From a virus: a DNA stretch of 64,000 bases. Positions 19,351-29,569 of this stretch are shown here, in pieces. The notes under the pieces were generated by a model, which saw nothing but the letters and a program-made list of their open reading frames with translations, searched no databases and was not told where the DNA came from. The translations under genes and the position numbers were made by a program. Where the stretch lies: IMG/VR virus record IMGVR_UViG_3300009157_000018, positions 1 to 64,000 of that record, one strand, 5' to 3'. Positions within the stretch are counted from its first letter, which is position 1. Each line of letters opens with the position of its first letter.

Positions 19351-20686
19351 AGTGCTTATCCAGATTTGGCGATTCTTGGCCAGGCTCGGGAACCGTGGTA
19401 TGGCGTTCCACAAACTTGAAACTGGGGGCGTGGAACGCCAGAGGCAAGCGGCCCGTGGCACCCTGACGGTTCTTCTCGATCTTGCCGTGCGTCTGGTTGC
19501 TCAGCGAATCAGCCTTATCTATCCTCCAGAGCATGATGACCACATCTGAATCTTCCTCAATCCTTCCTGACTCTCTCAGGTCTGACAACTGCGGCTCGCC
19601 GCCGCGCATCTCGATCTGACGGTTCAACTGTGACAATAATAGCATAGGTACATGAAATTCGCGAGCCATCATTTTCAGGGTACTGGTGATGGCACCGATA
19701 TTCAGACGCTCTTCCTCTCTCGTCCGGTCTTTGAGCAATTGCAGATAATCAATGACGACAAGCGATAGTGGACCCTCTTGCATCTGCATACGACTCATCG
19801 CAGCTCTAACTGTGGTTGTCGTGGAGGAGGGCGCATCCAGAAGGTGGAACGGTAATGCTGCTCTCGACAATGCGAGGTTATCCAAGGCCGTGCTGTCCGC
19901 ACCATCCTCGACGCCAAATTCCAAGGCTGCTTTCGACAAGGCACCAGACCTGACGGCGTAGCGATACAGCATTTGCTCCGGGGTCATCTCGATACTCACG
20001 AAGAGAACCAAACCACCGTTATGCGAAACATACTCGGCAATATTCTCCGCGAATGTGGACTTGCCTATCGTGGTTCTAGCGGCTAGCGTTACCAGGTCTC
20101 CTCGACGGAGACCTCCTCCCATCAGGTTATCCATGGTCGCAAACCCAGTAGGCACCACCGATAGATCGGTTTGATTCTTCTCAGTGAAGTACTTCTTCAA
20201 GATGGCGGCTTGAGCTGCCGGGGTAACAAGGTTATCTCCGGTATCTGCGGAGCCGATGGCATCCAGCAGAATCTCCTTGGCCTTGCTCTCGACCAGTGTG
20301 GCGTCCCGCTCTTCATAGACGGATGACACGATCTGACGGCCAGCCTTTAAGATAGATCGTCTCCGGGCTTCCGCTTTAATTTGTGTTGCGTGACTCTCTA
20401 TCGACATGGAATGAGGGGTTTCCATCAGCAAGCCCGCCAGATATGACGAACTCTGGTCCTCATTGACCATAAACGGGGAAAGAGAGGAGATATCAATGGG
20501 TTTGCCCTGTTGGAACAACTCCAACATTGCTTTCCATATCGCTTCATGCTTCGGGGACCAGAAGTCCTCGGGCTTGAGAATCGTTGCCACGCTGGCTATC
20601 TTGGCCGGGTCGAGCAGGACCGATCCGAGCAGGAGTTTTTCCGCAGCAGAGTTATGCGGGGTCTTCTGATTGAGTAATTGAGCCAT
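19343..20686 (-). CDS. dnaB: replicative DNA helicase DnaB
   Basis: AARTTIGKS, IEM, IDYLQL, LSQLNR, LSDLRESGRIEEDSD, KNRQG. Confidence 0.95.
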   Translation of the reverse strand: MAQLLNQKTPHNSAAEKLLLGSVLLDPAKIASVATILKPEDFWSPKHEAIWKAMLELFQQGKPIDISSLSPFMVNEDQSSSYLAGLLMETPHSMSIESHATQIKAEARRRSILKAGRQIVSSVYEERDATLVESKAKEILLDAIGSADTGDNLVTPAAQAAILKKYFTEKNQTDLSVVPTGFATMDNLMGGGLRRGDLVTLAARTTIGKSTFAENIAEYVSHNGGLVLFVSIEMTPEQMLYRYAVRSGALSKAALEFGVEDGADSTALDNLALSRAALPFHLLDAPSSTTTTVRAAMSRMQMQEGPLSLVVIDYLQLLKDRTREEERLNIGAITSTLKMMAREFHVPMLLLSQLNRQIEMRGGEPQLSDLRESGRIEEDSDVVIMLWRIDKADSLSNQTHGKIEKNRQGATGRLPLAFHAPSFKFVERHTTVPEPGQESPNLDKHYE

Positions 20687-20693
20687 TGGGTTT

Positions 20694-20702
20694 ATTCTAG
20701 CA
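20694..20702 (-). promoter_or_regulatory. extended -10 promoter, probably giving leaderless dnaB mRNA
   Basis: TGC-TAGAAT 7 nt before ATG; no SD. Confidence 0.6.
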
Positions 20703-20898
20703 CACCGTAATTTTCCTGGCAGAGCCCTTGGATTTCCTCTCTTCTCTGTCAAAGAAAATTCCACGGCTCTCGCGCGCGCGCGGTTTCCTAGGCTTTCCTA
20801 GGCTAATAGCCATGGACACCGTGGAAACATTAGGGATTCCACGAAGGGGGGTGATTTGAAAAGAGGGGGGCCACCGCGTCTCACGCGACCCGAAAATA

Positions 20899-20909
20899 TG
20901 TGGTATAGT
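20899..20909 (+). promoter_or_regulatory. extended -10 promoter
   Basis: TGTGGTATAGT upstream of gene at 20954. Confidence 0.6.
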
Positions 20910-20953
20910 AGGCACTACACCGCCAAGCGGGCGGGCAAAACAAGAGGTAGATT

Positions 20954-21583
20954 GTGACGGAAACAATCCGTGTCCGGTATAACCGGAGATTCTCCCAGAA
21001 GCTGGGGGATGACTTTGATACAACAGAAATCGGCGGGGAGTGGGAGTTTGAAACCCCTGTCGTAGAGAATTTTGATGACGAGTACAGCAAGGCTTACTTC
21101 ATCGTCACCAAGACCATTGATCGCCTGTTTGACGGCGTGAGCGAGCGCATAGAGACCGAGAAGGTCAGTAAGCCAGCGGTTAGCGAGGAACGACCCCGCG
21201 CAGTCGCCAGCCGCCAGGAGTATGATCCCGACGAAAACCAAGATACCGGTGAATATCGCACATTTGAGCGCGGGGAAGGCGAGGATGACATTGTTGATCG
21301 TCAGCCTGTGCATATTCCGAGAGCTCGTGTCTGGGATGTAAAGTCCGGTGAGACCAAGAATAAGAAGCCCTATGTTGCTGTCCGAGTAGGTAACTTGGAC
21401 CACATCCCCACCAGGAATGGGTATGCTCGCGTGAAGAGTTACAACGCAGCTATGATTCGTAAACTAGAAGCTCTAACTCCTGAGCGTCCTGACTATGTGG
21501 ACCTCTGGGGCCACTATGAAAGTTGGCAGGGCAACGAAGGTACTATGTGGGACTTCGTACCTGAGAGAGTTGAGAAGCTGTGA
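20954..21583 (+). CDS. OB-fold nucleic-acid-binding protein (SSB-like)
   Basis: C-terminal RVWDVKSGETKNKKPYVAVRV...VDLWGHYESW resembles an OB fold; SD GAGG. Confidence 0.5.
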   Translation: MTETIRVRYNRRFSQKLGDDFDTTEIGGEWEFETPVVENFDDEYSKAYFIVTKTIDRLFDGVSERIETEKVSKPAVSEERPRAVASRQEYDPDENQDTGEYRTFERGEGEDDIVDRQPVHIPRARVWDVKSGETKNKKPYVAVRVGNLDHIPTRNGYARVKSYNAAMIRKLEALTPERPDYVDLWGHYESWQGNEGTMWDFVPERVEKL

Positions 21584-21804
21584 CAGATAAAAATAGGCCG
21601 ACGACATTCGGACAATTCGATGTCGTAGCCTATGACTGGATAGATCAAGAGGAGAATCCTCTCATCAAGTTAGTCGAAGACGAGGACGACATGAAGTTGT
21701 TAGAAATCGTCGTCGGTGGTGGAGTCATCCTATTGTGGCCTGCCCAAGAGATAGCAAGACAGATTCAAGAACTAGTTTCCCCTGAGCCTGCCCCTACAAC
21801 ATAA
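21580..21804 (+). CDS. hypothetical protein
   Basis: GTGA coupling. Confidence 0.6.
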   Translation: MTDKNRPTTFGQFDVVAYDWIDQEENPLIKLVEDEDDMKLLEIVVGGGVILLWPAQEIARQIQELVSPEPAPTT

Positions 21805-22090
21805 AGGCTACGCCGTTTATCAGAAAGCCTGCCATTCCTGCCAGAGCCATAGCGAGGGCGCCCGTGAGAGCGACGCCCTCGTTTCTTTTATGCAACCAGA
21901 TCAATGCAAGTGTGACTATCGCAACTCCAACAGCCTTCGGTGCCAGGACCAGGGCCAACCCACCTAACTCATAGAGATACACGGATACCGGGTTGAGCTC
22001 ACCGGTGATCCCGTAACGCTGGTGGGCGAGTAGGAAGGTAATGGCATCCAAGAACTGGAACAAAACCGCAAAGGCCAATAGCCAATACAT
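21794..22090 (-). CDS. small membrane protein (DUF5658-like)
   Basis: LDAIT...ELNP...K motif; 3 hydrophobic helices. Confidence 0.7.
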   Translation of the reverse strand: MYWLLAFAVLFQFLDAITFLLAHQRYGITGELNPVSVYLYELGGLALVLAPKAVGVAIVTLALIWLHKRNEGVALTGALAMALAGMAGFLINGVAFML

Positions 22091-22091
22091 G

Positions 22092-23861
22092 CTATCTAGC
22101 GAACTCTAAGATGTACCAGTAAGCATCAATATGTAACAGTCGTGCGGTCGATCCCGCTGATTTGTCGATCTTGCCTGGAGACAGGCCCAAGCCAGCGGAG
22201 GGCACATTTGATCCCGAAGTGCCCACGCTCACGCCATCGATAAAGAACTCGACGCTCGTAATCGCCGCGTTGACCTCTGCCTCAAAGGTATGCCAGTTGG
22301 TATCGGCAGCAACATTGGTATCTACTGTTGTTTCGGTAGATGCTTGCCGAGTAACACCCTCCCATTCCCCGCTATTAACCGAGTGCGTGTAGCGGAAGAA
22401 TACTCCGTTGGTATGTTCGCCCGCGTGGAGGTCGCCCAGCCCGATACGGACACTGTACGTCTGCGTCCCATCCGACAAAGTTTCTAGTCGGGCAACTACA
22501 CCATAGCGGACCTTTCCGCCACCGAGAATCACCCGGTTGCCGGGGTTAGCCAGCGCGCAGCGACCCGTCGTGGTCGTTCCCGTGGAGAGCGTAACTACAC
22601 CGGGATGATTGTTCGCCACCCCGACGAATGAACTAGCGGCTCCGGCACCCGATGGGAAGGCGGAGACCCCGCCTTCGTACACGTCGGTGGTCGCAACCCA
22701 AAAGAGATCGTCAGCAATGACCGTGTGACCACGGCCCATTCGGATCGTGCCGACTGGGAATCCTCGCTCATCAGCAGCCGAGACGTCGTATCCGGCTACA
22801 TAGTCTGTGACGCCTTGAAGGACGCGTTCAGTCGTAAGGCTTGAAAGATCAAGCCCTGCAGCCCCAGAGCCCGATATAACTAAGAGTTCATTCCCTGCAT
22901 CGTTATACTCATAGAGCTGAACATTACCCGTGCCTGATAGTTTCTGGTATAGGTAATTGGGAGTCGTGTCGTTGCTAGTGACCATAGACTTATAAGCATC
23001 AGCCGCAAGATCAAGAGACCATACCTCCATTACAGCCGGAGCGCTGGAATTGGCTTTCATATTCGCTGTGCCTGAAGAAGTAGCCCAAGACCACTTGTAC
23101 GTGTGACTACCAGGGGATACGCCAGTAAGCACAAAGGCTATTGATGCAGCCCTCCACTCAGGAGTAGTAGCCGCCGCTGCCCTCGCTACAATGGATTCTC
23201 CAGCGGCACCAGCAATATCTGTTGTAGACTCACGCAAACCGAAACTGATAAATGAACCAGCAGTCTGTTGAGGTTGAACTACAGAGGTGAGCCGGACGAG
23301 CACTGCACCAGAAACAGGAGCATCAAAGGTTACAGCTGCATTGGTAGCGTCAACATCGGCAAGACTAGAACCAGATGTAGCCTCATCACCCGCCGTATGA
23401 GACTTGTATCCTAGGAGCGATCCAAGATTAGAGCCACCTCCGCCGCCGCCACTGTTAACAGTAACCAGAGCAATGCCACCACCCAAGTCCTGTACAGTTC
23501 CACCAGATAATCGAATAGTGCTTACTGATGAAACAGATGGAGAGCCATCGAATTCTTCAACAGCTAGACTACTTCCGCCACCGCTGTTGACGGTGATTGT
23601 ACCTACTCCGCTGGGACTTACGGTCGAAACAACATTACTCCCAACAAAGTTCAGAGTATAAACGCGTCCTCTCGTGGTTCCTTCATCTTGGAGACGAATA
23701 GGCCAATCTACTGCCCATGTCGAAGCAGCGCCAACGCCACTCACATAGGTCATTACTTGCCCAGTGTGAGTACCAGAAGGCAGGGAGCCAAACGGCAATT
23801 CTCCGTAGTGTCCTTGTTCGAAATCGTGCTGTGGGAGTGTTGGATCGCGAGTAACTGGCAT
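22092..23861 (-). CDS. tail fibre / receptor-binding protein
   Basis: Gly/Ser/Thr-rich, modular, lectin-like C-terminus; last gene of tail module. Confidence 0.7.
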   Translation of the reverse strand: MPVTRDPTLPQHDFEQGHYGELPFGSLPSGTHTGQVMTYVSGVGAASTWAVDWPIRLQDEGTTRGRVYTLNFVGSNVVSTVSPSGVGTITVNSGGGSSLAVEEFDGSPSVSSVSTIRLSGGTVQDLGGGIALVTVNSGGGGGGSNLGSLLGYKSHTAGDEATSGSSLADVDATNAAVTFDAPVSGAVLVRLTSVVQPQQTAGSFISFGLRESTTDIAGAAGESIVARAAAATTPEWRAASIAFVLTGVSPGSHTYKWSWATSSGTANMKANSSAPAVMEVWSLDLAADAYKSMVTSNDTTPNYLYQKLSGTGNVQLYEYNDAGNELLVISGSGAAGLDLSSLTTERVLQGVTDYVAGYDVSAADERGFPVGTIRMGRGHTVIADDLFWVATTDVYEGGVSAFPSGAGAASSFVGVANNHPGVVTLSTGTTTTGRCALANPGNRVILGGGKVRYGVVARLETLSDGTQTYSVRIGLGDLHAGEHTNGVFFRYTHSVNSGEWEGVTRQASTETTVDTNVAADTNWHTFEAEVNAAITSVEFFIDGVSVGTSGSNVPSAGLGLSPGKIDKSAGSTARLLHIDAYWYILEFAR

Positions 23862-24355
23862 TAAGCAGCCTTTACATACTGAGCCGTAACGATTGTTCCG
23901 TCGATAAGAACGGTGTGTGGAATGACATTGCCGGTAGGGCCAACATCATAGTGGGTCGGATCATACGCTTCCAGGCCATCAAACCATACAGCGCGGTAAA
24001 ACAAGACAGGCAGAGACGGGTCGAACTCATTTCCAACTCTATCCAACTCCTCGTAGATTGTCTGGTTAGCGGGATAAGAGTCAGTGGTGGGAGCCGGGTT
24101 GTTTGGATTGTCCAAGATAATGATGTATTCAGGGGTATCGCAAGTCGCCGGAATAACAACTTGCATGTCCCCTGCATCGGGAATCGGCCCATTGTTACCG
24201 GATAGGTCGCCAAGGTTATCGCCAAATCCCTCTAGCCCCCAAGCCGTATCATCAAACCTCTTTTGGTCTAACTTGGTCCTGGTCTTTGCGAAATCAGACA
24301 TGGGAGCATGTCTTCTAACTGTTTGAATGTTTATTCCTACACGTTTATTTGTCAT
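23861..24355 (-). CDS. minor virion/tail protein
   Basis: tail module context; C-terminus similar to neighbours (VTAQY). Confidence 0.6.
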   Translation of the reverse strand: MTNKRVGINIQTVRRHAPMSDFAKTRTKLDQKRFDDTAWGLEGFGDNLGDLSGNNGPIPDAGDMQVVIPATCDTPEYIIILDNPNNPAPTTDSYPANQTIYEELDRVGNEFDPSLPVLFYRAVWFDGLEAYDPTHYDVGPTGNVIPHTVLIDGTIVTAQYVKAA

Positions 24356-24789
24356 GCTACATATCGTACCCAGACATAAGAGGTGTCTATCAAGTCCGCT
24401 GTGAATTCGATAGTACGTGGTGGGATAAATGTCCACCCGCTTGTATCCATATACAAGAAATCCACACTGACTGTTCTCACATACTTCGCGTTGGTAGGAA
24501 GTAAGTACAGTCTAGCCGTGGACCTGGCAGCCTGAGCACCCACGGCAACTGAGGTATTGGTTCCAGTAGGATTAACTTCGAAACCATCTAAGGTGGCGTA
24601 AATGATTACTTGGTCAGGATCAGTAATTGTTTCCCCCACGATGATACCATCTATGCATGCCCAGCAACCCAACGCACGATCAGGCGGTTCGTCGCGAGCT
24701 TCCCTGGCAATATCTTCATCAGCCTGATGGAACTCACTCTTGAGTGGTGGTCTTTTATTCAGGACTCCGAGCATGACGGTCTTAGGCAT
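24352..24789 (-). CDS. minor virion/tail protein
   Basis: C-terminal WTFIPPRTIEF..VWVRY resembles YTFTPPRLVIF..VTAEY of the upstream gene. Confidence 0.6.
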   Translation of the reverse strand: MPKTVMLGVLNKRPPLKSEFHQADEDIAREARDEPPDRALGCWACIDGIIVGETITDPDQVIIYATLDGFEVNPTGTNTSVAVGAQAARSTARLYLLPTNAKYVRTVSVDFLYMDTSGWTFIPPRTIEFTADLIDTSYVWVRYVA

Positions 24790-26660
24790 TATGTAGTCCC
24801 ACCAAGCGAAAGGTACTCGGCTGTTACTTGAGTTCCCACAGGTAGCGTATGAGTAAATATAACTAAACGGGGAGGTGTAAAGGTATAGTGGAGATTTGGT
24901 TCCGCATGAACTCCGTTGACCCACAGATTTTGGATTTGGTCCGCGTCACTTGGAAGAACATATCTAGATTCTGATATTCTGGAAAGATTAGCACTTAGAA
25001 GTGCATCCTGATTTGCTTCTTCCCATTCTCCCAATGGGTCCCATATAGGATACCCAAACTCATCCAAGGTAATCATAAGATTACCTTCACTATCGGTAAC
25101 CCGATTACAGTCAAGTACTGCTATGCCATCAGCGAACATAGAAATAAACTTAACCACAGATCGCTTCTCAACACCACCAAGTTGGCCGGATTCGGCGGTA
25201 ATACTTATCCCACCTTCCTTAGCAGTAGCTACGCTCCATGTCAAGGTTGGAGTTAGTGGTTCAGTTTCAGACTCATCCCACAGCCAAACTTGTTGAGTTG
25301 TGGCAGAAGTTATAATACGACAACTGTATATAACATTTGCTGTCCAAGAAACATTGGCGGAGATAACCCCTCCATTGATACTTATTTTACCGGGACTACT
25401 TGAAAATGGCGGCTCGAACTGCACTTCTCTATATGGTGTAGTCCCCCAAGGATCAATTGGACTGATCTTCCATCCTACATCCGCATAAGCACCGTTACCT
25501 ACTTCTAGCCAAACAAATTGAAAATATAACTCAGGTGGGAAAGAGGGCTTAAAGTCTAATCGTCTTATATGACAACCAGAGTACCACAATTCAGCACCTA
25601 CATTGAATTGAGGATTGGATGGGTCGTTACTTTGCTGAATAAACCCAGCAAACGCGTTCCTTGACTTAAATGCAGGAACAGTAATAGGTACTGTATTGTC
25701 ATCATAGTGATTCCAATTAAACCAACCACTTGTTCCTGGAAATTGAACAGGAATTTGTCCAAAACCCGGATGATCAGCCTGAGTTCCAATAGTCATGGTA
25801 TAACCATTTCGGAAATCCAGACTATTGGAGTAATCAGTAGTATCCACTACTCCAATATCAAGAGCATACATTCTAACCATCTGGTCGCCCAAGTCTGGTT
25901 GGGCTATTTCGTAATCCATCGGTCGAAAAACTTGGCCAACTGCAGCGGAATCGACACCCTGCATTTCGAATCTTAGCCATGGAGTAGTAGGCTGAGCAGA
26001 TATCGTAAGAGTAGTACCCTGATCATCAAATTTAGCGGTACCTGTTCCTCTGTTCTCTTGAACAGTCATATTAAATTCCATGGTACCAGCGTACTGTCCG
26101 TCGGTCCAGTGGGACAAATCGGTATCACAATCAGTGTATAGGCTCGGATCATCTGGGAGATTGATAAAAACATCCACTAAAACTTGATCTGGCAGGTTTG
26201 TGGACCATCTTCCCTTAGCAGCTAGTTGATAGCCATCGTATACATCATCGAATGCATTAAGGGTTCCCACCCATTTAAAATAATGCGGCTCGACATTATG
26301 GTTTGAACTTCCGCATTCGTTAGTGCTACCCCCAGGACCGTTTCTGCCGGTGATTAATGAGCTAGCGCCGGTAAGGAACAACTTATTAGTGAATGTACAA
26401 TATGTTAGGGAATATGCCTCAGAAAGAACAAAATCATCTATCTGCTCGGTAATAGCGATTCTAGTTTGAGGAGGACAAGGATTGTCTAGACCACCGGGGC
26501 CTCCTGGTGTGTAGCAATCAAAGTTTAAGCCCCCACTGATAAGAGAGGACCCACCAGAGTCAACAAACTGGGAGACTTCCTTGGCTGTCTTTCCTATCTC
26601 GGCACTGACACGGCGATGGCGGAAAGACTCAATGAAAATCTCCTGTTTCTTCTTAACCAT
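24789..26660 (-). CDS. minor tail protein
   Basis: 623-aa beta-rich ORF following tail-tip gene. Confidence 0.65.
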   Translation of the reverse strand: MVKKKQEIFIESFRHRRVSAEIGKTAKEVSQFVDSGGSSLISGGLNFDCYTPGGPGGLDNPCPPQTRIAITEQIDDFVLSEAYSLTYCTFTNKLFLTGASSLITGRNGPGGSTNECGSSNHNVEPHYFKWVGTLNAFDDVYDGYQLAAKGRWSTNLPDQVLVDVFINLPDDPSLYTDCDTDLSHWTDGQYAGTMEFNMTVQENRGTGTAKFDDQGTTLTISAQPTTPWLRFEMQGVDSAAVGQVFRPMDYEIAQPDLGDQMVRMYALDIGVVDTTDYSNSLDFRNGYTMTIGTQADHPGFGQIPVQFPGTSGWFNWNHYDDNTVPITVPAFKSRNAFAGFIQQSNDPSNPQFNVGAELWYSGCHIRRLDFKPSFPPELYFQFVWLEVGNGAYADVGWKISPIDPWGTTPYREVQFEPPFSSSPGKISINGGVISANVSWTANVIYSCRIITSATTQQVWLWDESETEPLTPTLTWSVATAKEGGISITAESGQLGGVEKRSVVKFISMFADGIAVLDCNRVTDSEGNLMITLDEFGYPIWDPLGEWEEANQDALLSANLSRISESRYVLPSDADQIQNLWVNGVHAEPNLHYTFTPPRLVIFTHTLPVGTQVTAEYLSLGGTT

Positions 26661-28788
26661 TGCTATATTCCGTCACAATCCTCCCGATCCGCATGCGCTC
26701 ACCTGAAGTAAGCGATAGACGAGGAGAATGAAGGATGGTAGATTCACCGACCAAGAGTGGACCACCAATCTCGTCTGGCTTAAACGAGACGTTGTAACGC
26801 TTTACTGGGTCCTTGTGCTCCTGGAGCTCGGTCCAAGCTTGGCGAGTCAGGAGATAAGCATCGTTTGCATCAGCGTTCTCGGCTTTGCGAATCTTCACGC
26901 CCATGCGTGCCACCGCGTTCATGTCGATGACGAACGCCTTGATTGGCACATCCCCAAACCCGGTTACCAGCGCCAAGACAGCGCTGCATGTTTCGGAGTA
27001 GTCGAGTTCAGCGTCGGCATTGATGATCGTCCCACCCTCGTTCTCTCCCTCGCGGATGATTGTGTTGGAATACGAACCCACCACACCAAGCAAGTCAATG
27101 GAACCGTCGTGATTGAATCTCAACCACGAGTTGGTTATCTCACTTAGCCTGGTAATCATTCGGAGGTTGGTTTCATAGAATGAACGCTGGTACAAGATAT
27201 GTGAGAAGCTGCCTTCAAGACCGTCAATGTCAACATAATAGGCAGTGGCCGAAGCATTCTTAGCACCGCTTAGGGTGGCACGAATGTCGTGCGCTCCAAA
27301 GTTTCCCGACCAAGTGTAGACATTCTGCTGGAACTGATAGGTAGAGTTATACAGGTCAACAGCCGTTGGTCCAGCTCCATCAACATACACATGCATGATG
27401 CCGAAGGTCGGTCCCTTGCTGCTGATGATCGAAACCTTATCGCCCTTGAAGTCATACATCATGGCACTGCCCGATATTGTGGCTCTCTGGGTTGTGAAGT
27501 TCCGATAGTATGTTCCCTCGGCTTTCACCCAACTCCCGGTGTACCCAATTGATGGGTCATTATCCTTGATAGGACGGTATGAAGTTCGGTACTCCCCGGT
27601 GAAATAGTCAATCTGCGGGGTACCACTAACCTGTTCTACCTTCAGGGCATGAACATCAGAAGTTAAGCCGGTAACCTCAAATCCTTTGACTTGATAGGTT
27701 CCGCTGGGGATAAAGGCTGTGCCCTGATCCACATTGTCAACATAAAACCGTGCTACGGCATCGCCGCCGCTCGTGCCCTGTGTAAAGTAAACGCTGTTAC
27801 TGACGCCACGGAATCGGTGGATAGAAAATCCTACCGACGGCGTGCCTGAAAGCCTGGTAACGAGCGAGTTACCCAGAACTCCATCGCCATTGAACGCACC
27901 CTGCTCTCCAACAGAAGCCCAGGTTCCTCCTCGGATAACATTGCCGCTATCGTCATTCTCGATCCATGGTATGTCGTAGGTTGTGTCTGGCCCAATCTCA
28001 GCTGCCTTGTTATAGACAAGGACGGACGCTAAGCGGGCGATCTGGTCAGTGGAGTCCGAGACGATAACTCGGACAAACCGGGCATTGCCGCTGAAAACAT
28101 AAATGTCTCCCTTGTCAGACTGAGGAAGAGTGTCGGTCTTGGAACCGCGACTGGTATACGACACATCATCGGTCGAGGTTTCCACGGTGTATTTGTACCA
28201 GCGCTGGTCCCACCAGGGCGGAACTACCCGAATCGCGTTAAGGGCTTGGGTTGACCCCAAATCGATGGTCACATAGTTCGAGCCGCTCAAGAAGGCCGCC
28301 CAATAGTTGTTCTCTAGCGGGTCGCCGGTAATAGCGTTTACCGCAGGGTGCATTGGATGGGTGTCGCTCGCCCGAATGACTGCAAGCGGAGCCTTGCCGA
28401 TGTTGTCGTAGAGGAACTCTTGGTACAGGTCGTCAATGGGCCAGCCATCAAAGTCTCGCCGTCCCACATTCTTGGTGCTAAGAAGGATTCCGCGCTGCGC
28501 GCCACCGAAACTGTAGGTGTTATCGGTGTTGATGGTCCTGGTCGTTTGGTCTACTACCCCAGCGAAAATGAGCTCATTGCCGTCGTAAAGGCGAAACCGA
28601 CCTTCATTGGACCGATCGCTATTGGCGTCGGGAATGTACAAGATGGCCTCATCGTCCATCGGGATCGTTACATCGGCATCCCCTACAGTCCCAAGTTCGT
28701 CGGTGATCCGGGCTGAGATGACATTTGGAGAGGCGAAGAGTTTATTGAAGTTATAGTCACAAATCTCAAGGATTAGGTCTTGGTCCAT
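26653..28788 (-). CDS. tail tip/hub protein with discoidin (F5/8) and carbohydrate-binding domains
   Basis: YVTIDLG...YTVETSTD...ARFVRV; follows Dit. Confidence 0.75.
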   Translation of the reverse strand: MDQDLILEICDYNFNKLFASPNVISARITDELGTVGDADVTIPMDDEAILYIPDANSDRSNEGRFRLYDGNELIFAGVVDQTTRTINTDNTYSFGGAQRGILLSTKNVGRRDFDGWPIDDLYQEFLYDNIGKAPLAVIRASDTHPMHPAVNAITGDPLENNYWAAFLSGSNYVTIDLGSTQALNAIRVVPPWWDQRWYKYTVETSTDDVSYTSRGSKTDTLPQSDKGDIYVFSGNARFVRVIVSDSTDQIARLASVLVYNKAAEIGPDTTYDIPWIENDDSGNVIRGGTWASVGEQGAFNGDGVLGNSLVTRLSGTPSVGFSIHRFRGVSNSVYFTQGTSGGDAVARFYVDNVDQGTAFIPSGTYQVKGFEVTGLTSDVHALKVEQVSGTPQIDYFTGEYRTSYRPIKDNDPSIGYTGSWVKAEGTYYRNFTTQRATISGSAMMYDFKGDKVSIISSKGPTFGIMHVYVDGAGPTAVDLYNSTYQFQQNVYTWSGNFGAHDIRATLSGAKNASATAYYVDIDGLEGSFSHILYQRSFYETNLRMITRLSEITNSWLRFNHDGSIDLLGVVGSYSNTIIREGENEGGTIINADAELDYSETCSAVLALVTGFGDVPIKAFVIDMNAVARMGVKIRKAENADANDAYLLTRQAWTELQEHKDPVKRYNVSFKPDEIGGPLLVGESTILHSPRLSLTSGERMRIGRIVTEYSNG

Positions 28789-29567
28789 TAGCGTTCCAAT
28801 CTAGGATTCATGTACACTCGGACATTACCTGTTCCTGTGACTTGAGAAATATTAGCGGTAAAGGACCCGCTGCCAACATGGTATATACCAAAGTCTGGAC
28901 CACTCGTAAGCATGCTAAGATAGTTTGCGCCTGCGGTATCCTTGATGGTCAGGTTCGAACAATTCACTGTGATCGTGTTGGCGTGTGATCCATTAAGTTG
29001 GAACACCTTGCCGCTGTTCGAATGTGAAACGCGAATGCCAGTAATGCCTGGTGGTATCTCGAAACTGGGATAGGTCTTTCTGGTATCAGGCATATTCAAA
29101 ACGATGGTATCGTCCCCGCTGATAGCGTCGGTGGTTGTTACCTCGGGTCCCAAGAACCAAGGAAAGGCGTTGAATACCATGTTGAACGCAATGCGCCGGT
29201 GATCGGGTGCTATGAGAGGGTTAGAAGCTGTTCTGAACTTGGCCAACATCCAATGATCAGAAGGACCAAAGAACAATGTCGATGCGCTCGCAACTCGGGC
29301 CACCATTCTGAGTGAATCACGATACTGATCTAAGCAATCTCCAAGATGCGCTAAGCCAGTGACATGATCTAAGCGAGACAACACGATGAACGAGAGGTTA
29401 ACTTCTCGGAAGCCCGCACCCTGATCGTTCATAAATCCACCATCTCTACCGATCACATCTGTTTGGGCTATTCGCATAAGGAACGGGTTGTCTTCGGATT
29501 GGAGATACCCTGGAAGATTTTGCCCGTCATATTTCACACGGTACTTGGGGGTGGGGTTAACAGGCAT
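28788..29567 (-). CDS. distal tail protein (Dit)-like
   Basis: immediately follows tape measure; GRDG and F.A.PW motifs. Confidence 0.7.
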   Translation of the reverse strand: MPVNPTPKYRVKYDGQNLPGYLQSEDNPFLMRIAQTDVIGRDGGFMNDQGAGFREVNLSFIVLSRLDHVTGLAHLGDCLDQYRDSLRMVARVASASTLFFGPSDHWMLAKFRTASNPLIAPDHRRIAFNMVFNAFPWFLGPEVTTTDAISGDDTIVLNMPDTRKTYPSFEIPPGITGIRVSHSNSGKVFQLNGSHANTITVNCSNLTIKDTAGANYLSMLTSGPDFGIYHVGSGSFTANISQVTGTGNVRVYMNPRLER

Positions 29568-29569
29568 GG

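Noticed and set aside
22092-23861. Diversity-generating retroelement target in the tail fibre
   Set aside because: No reverse transcriptase or TR/VR repeat pair was seen in the window.
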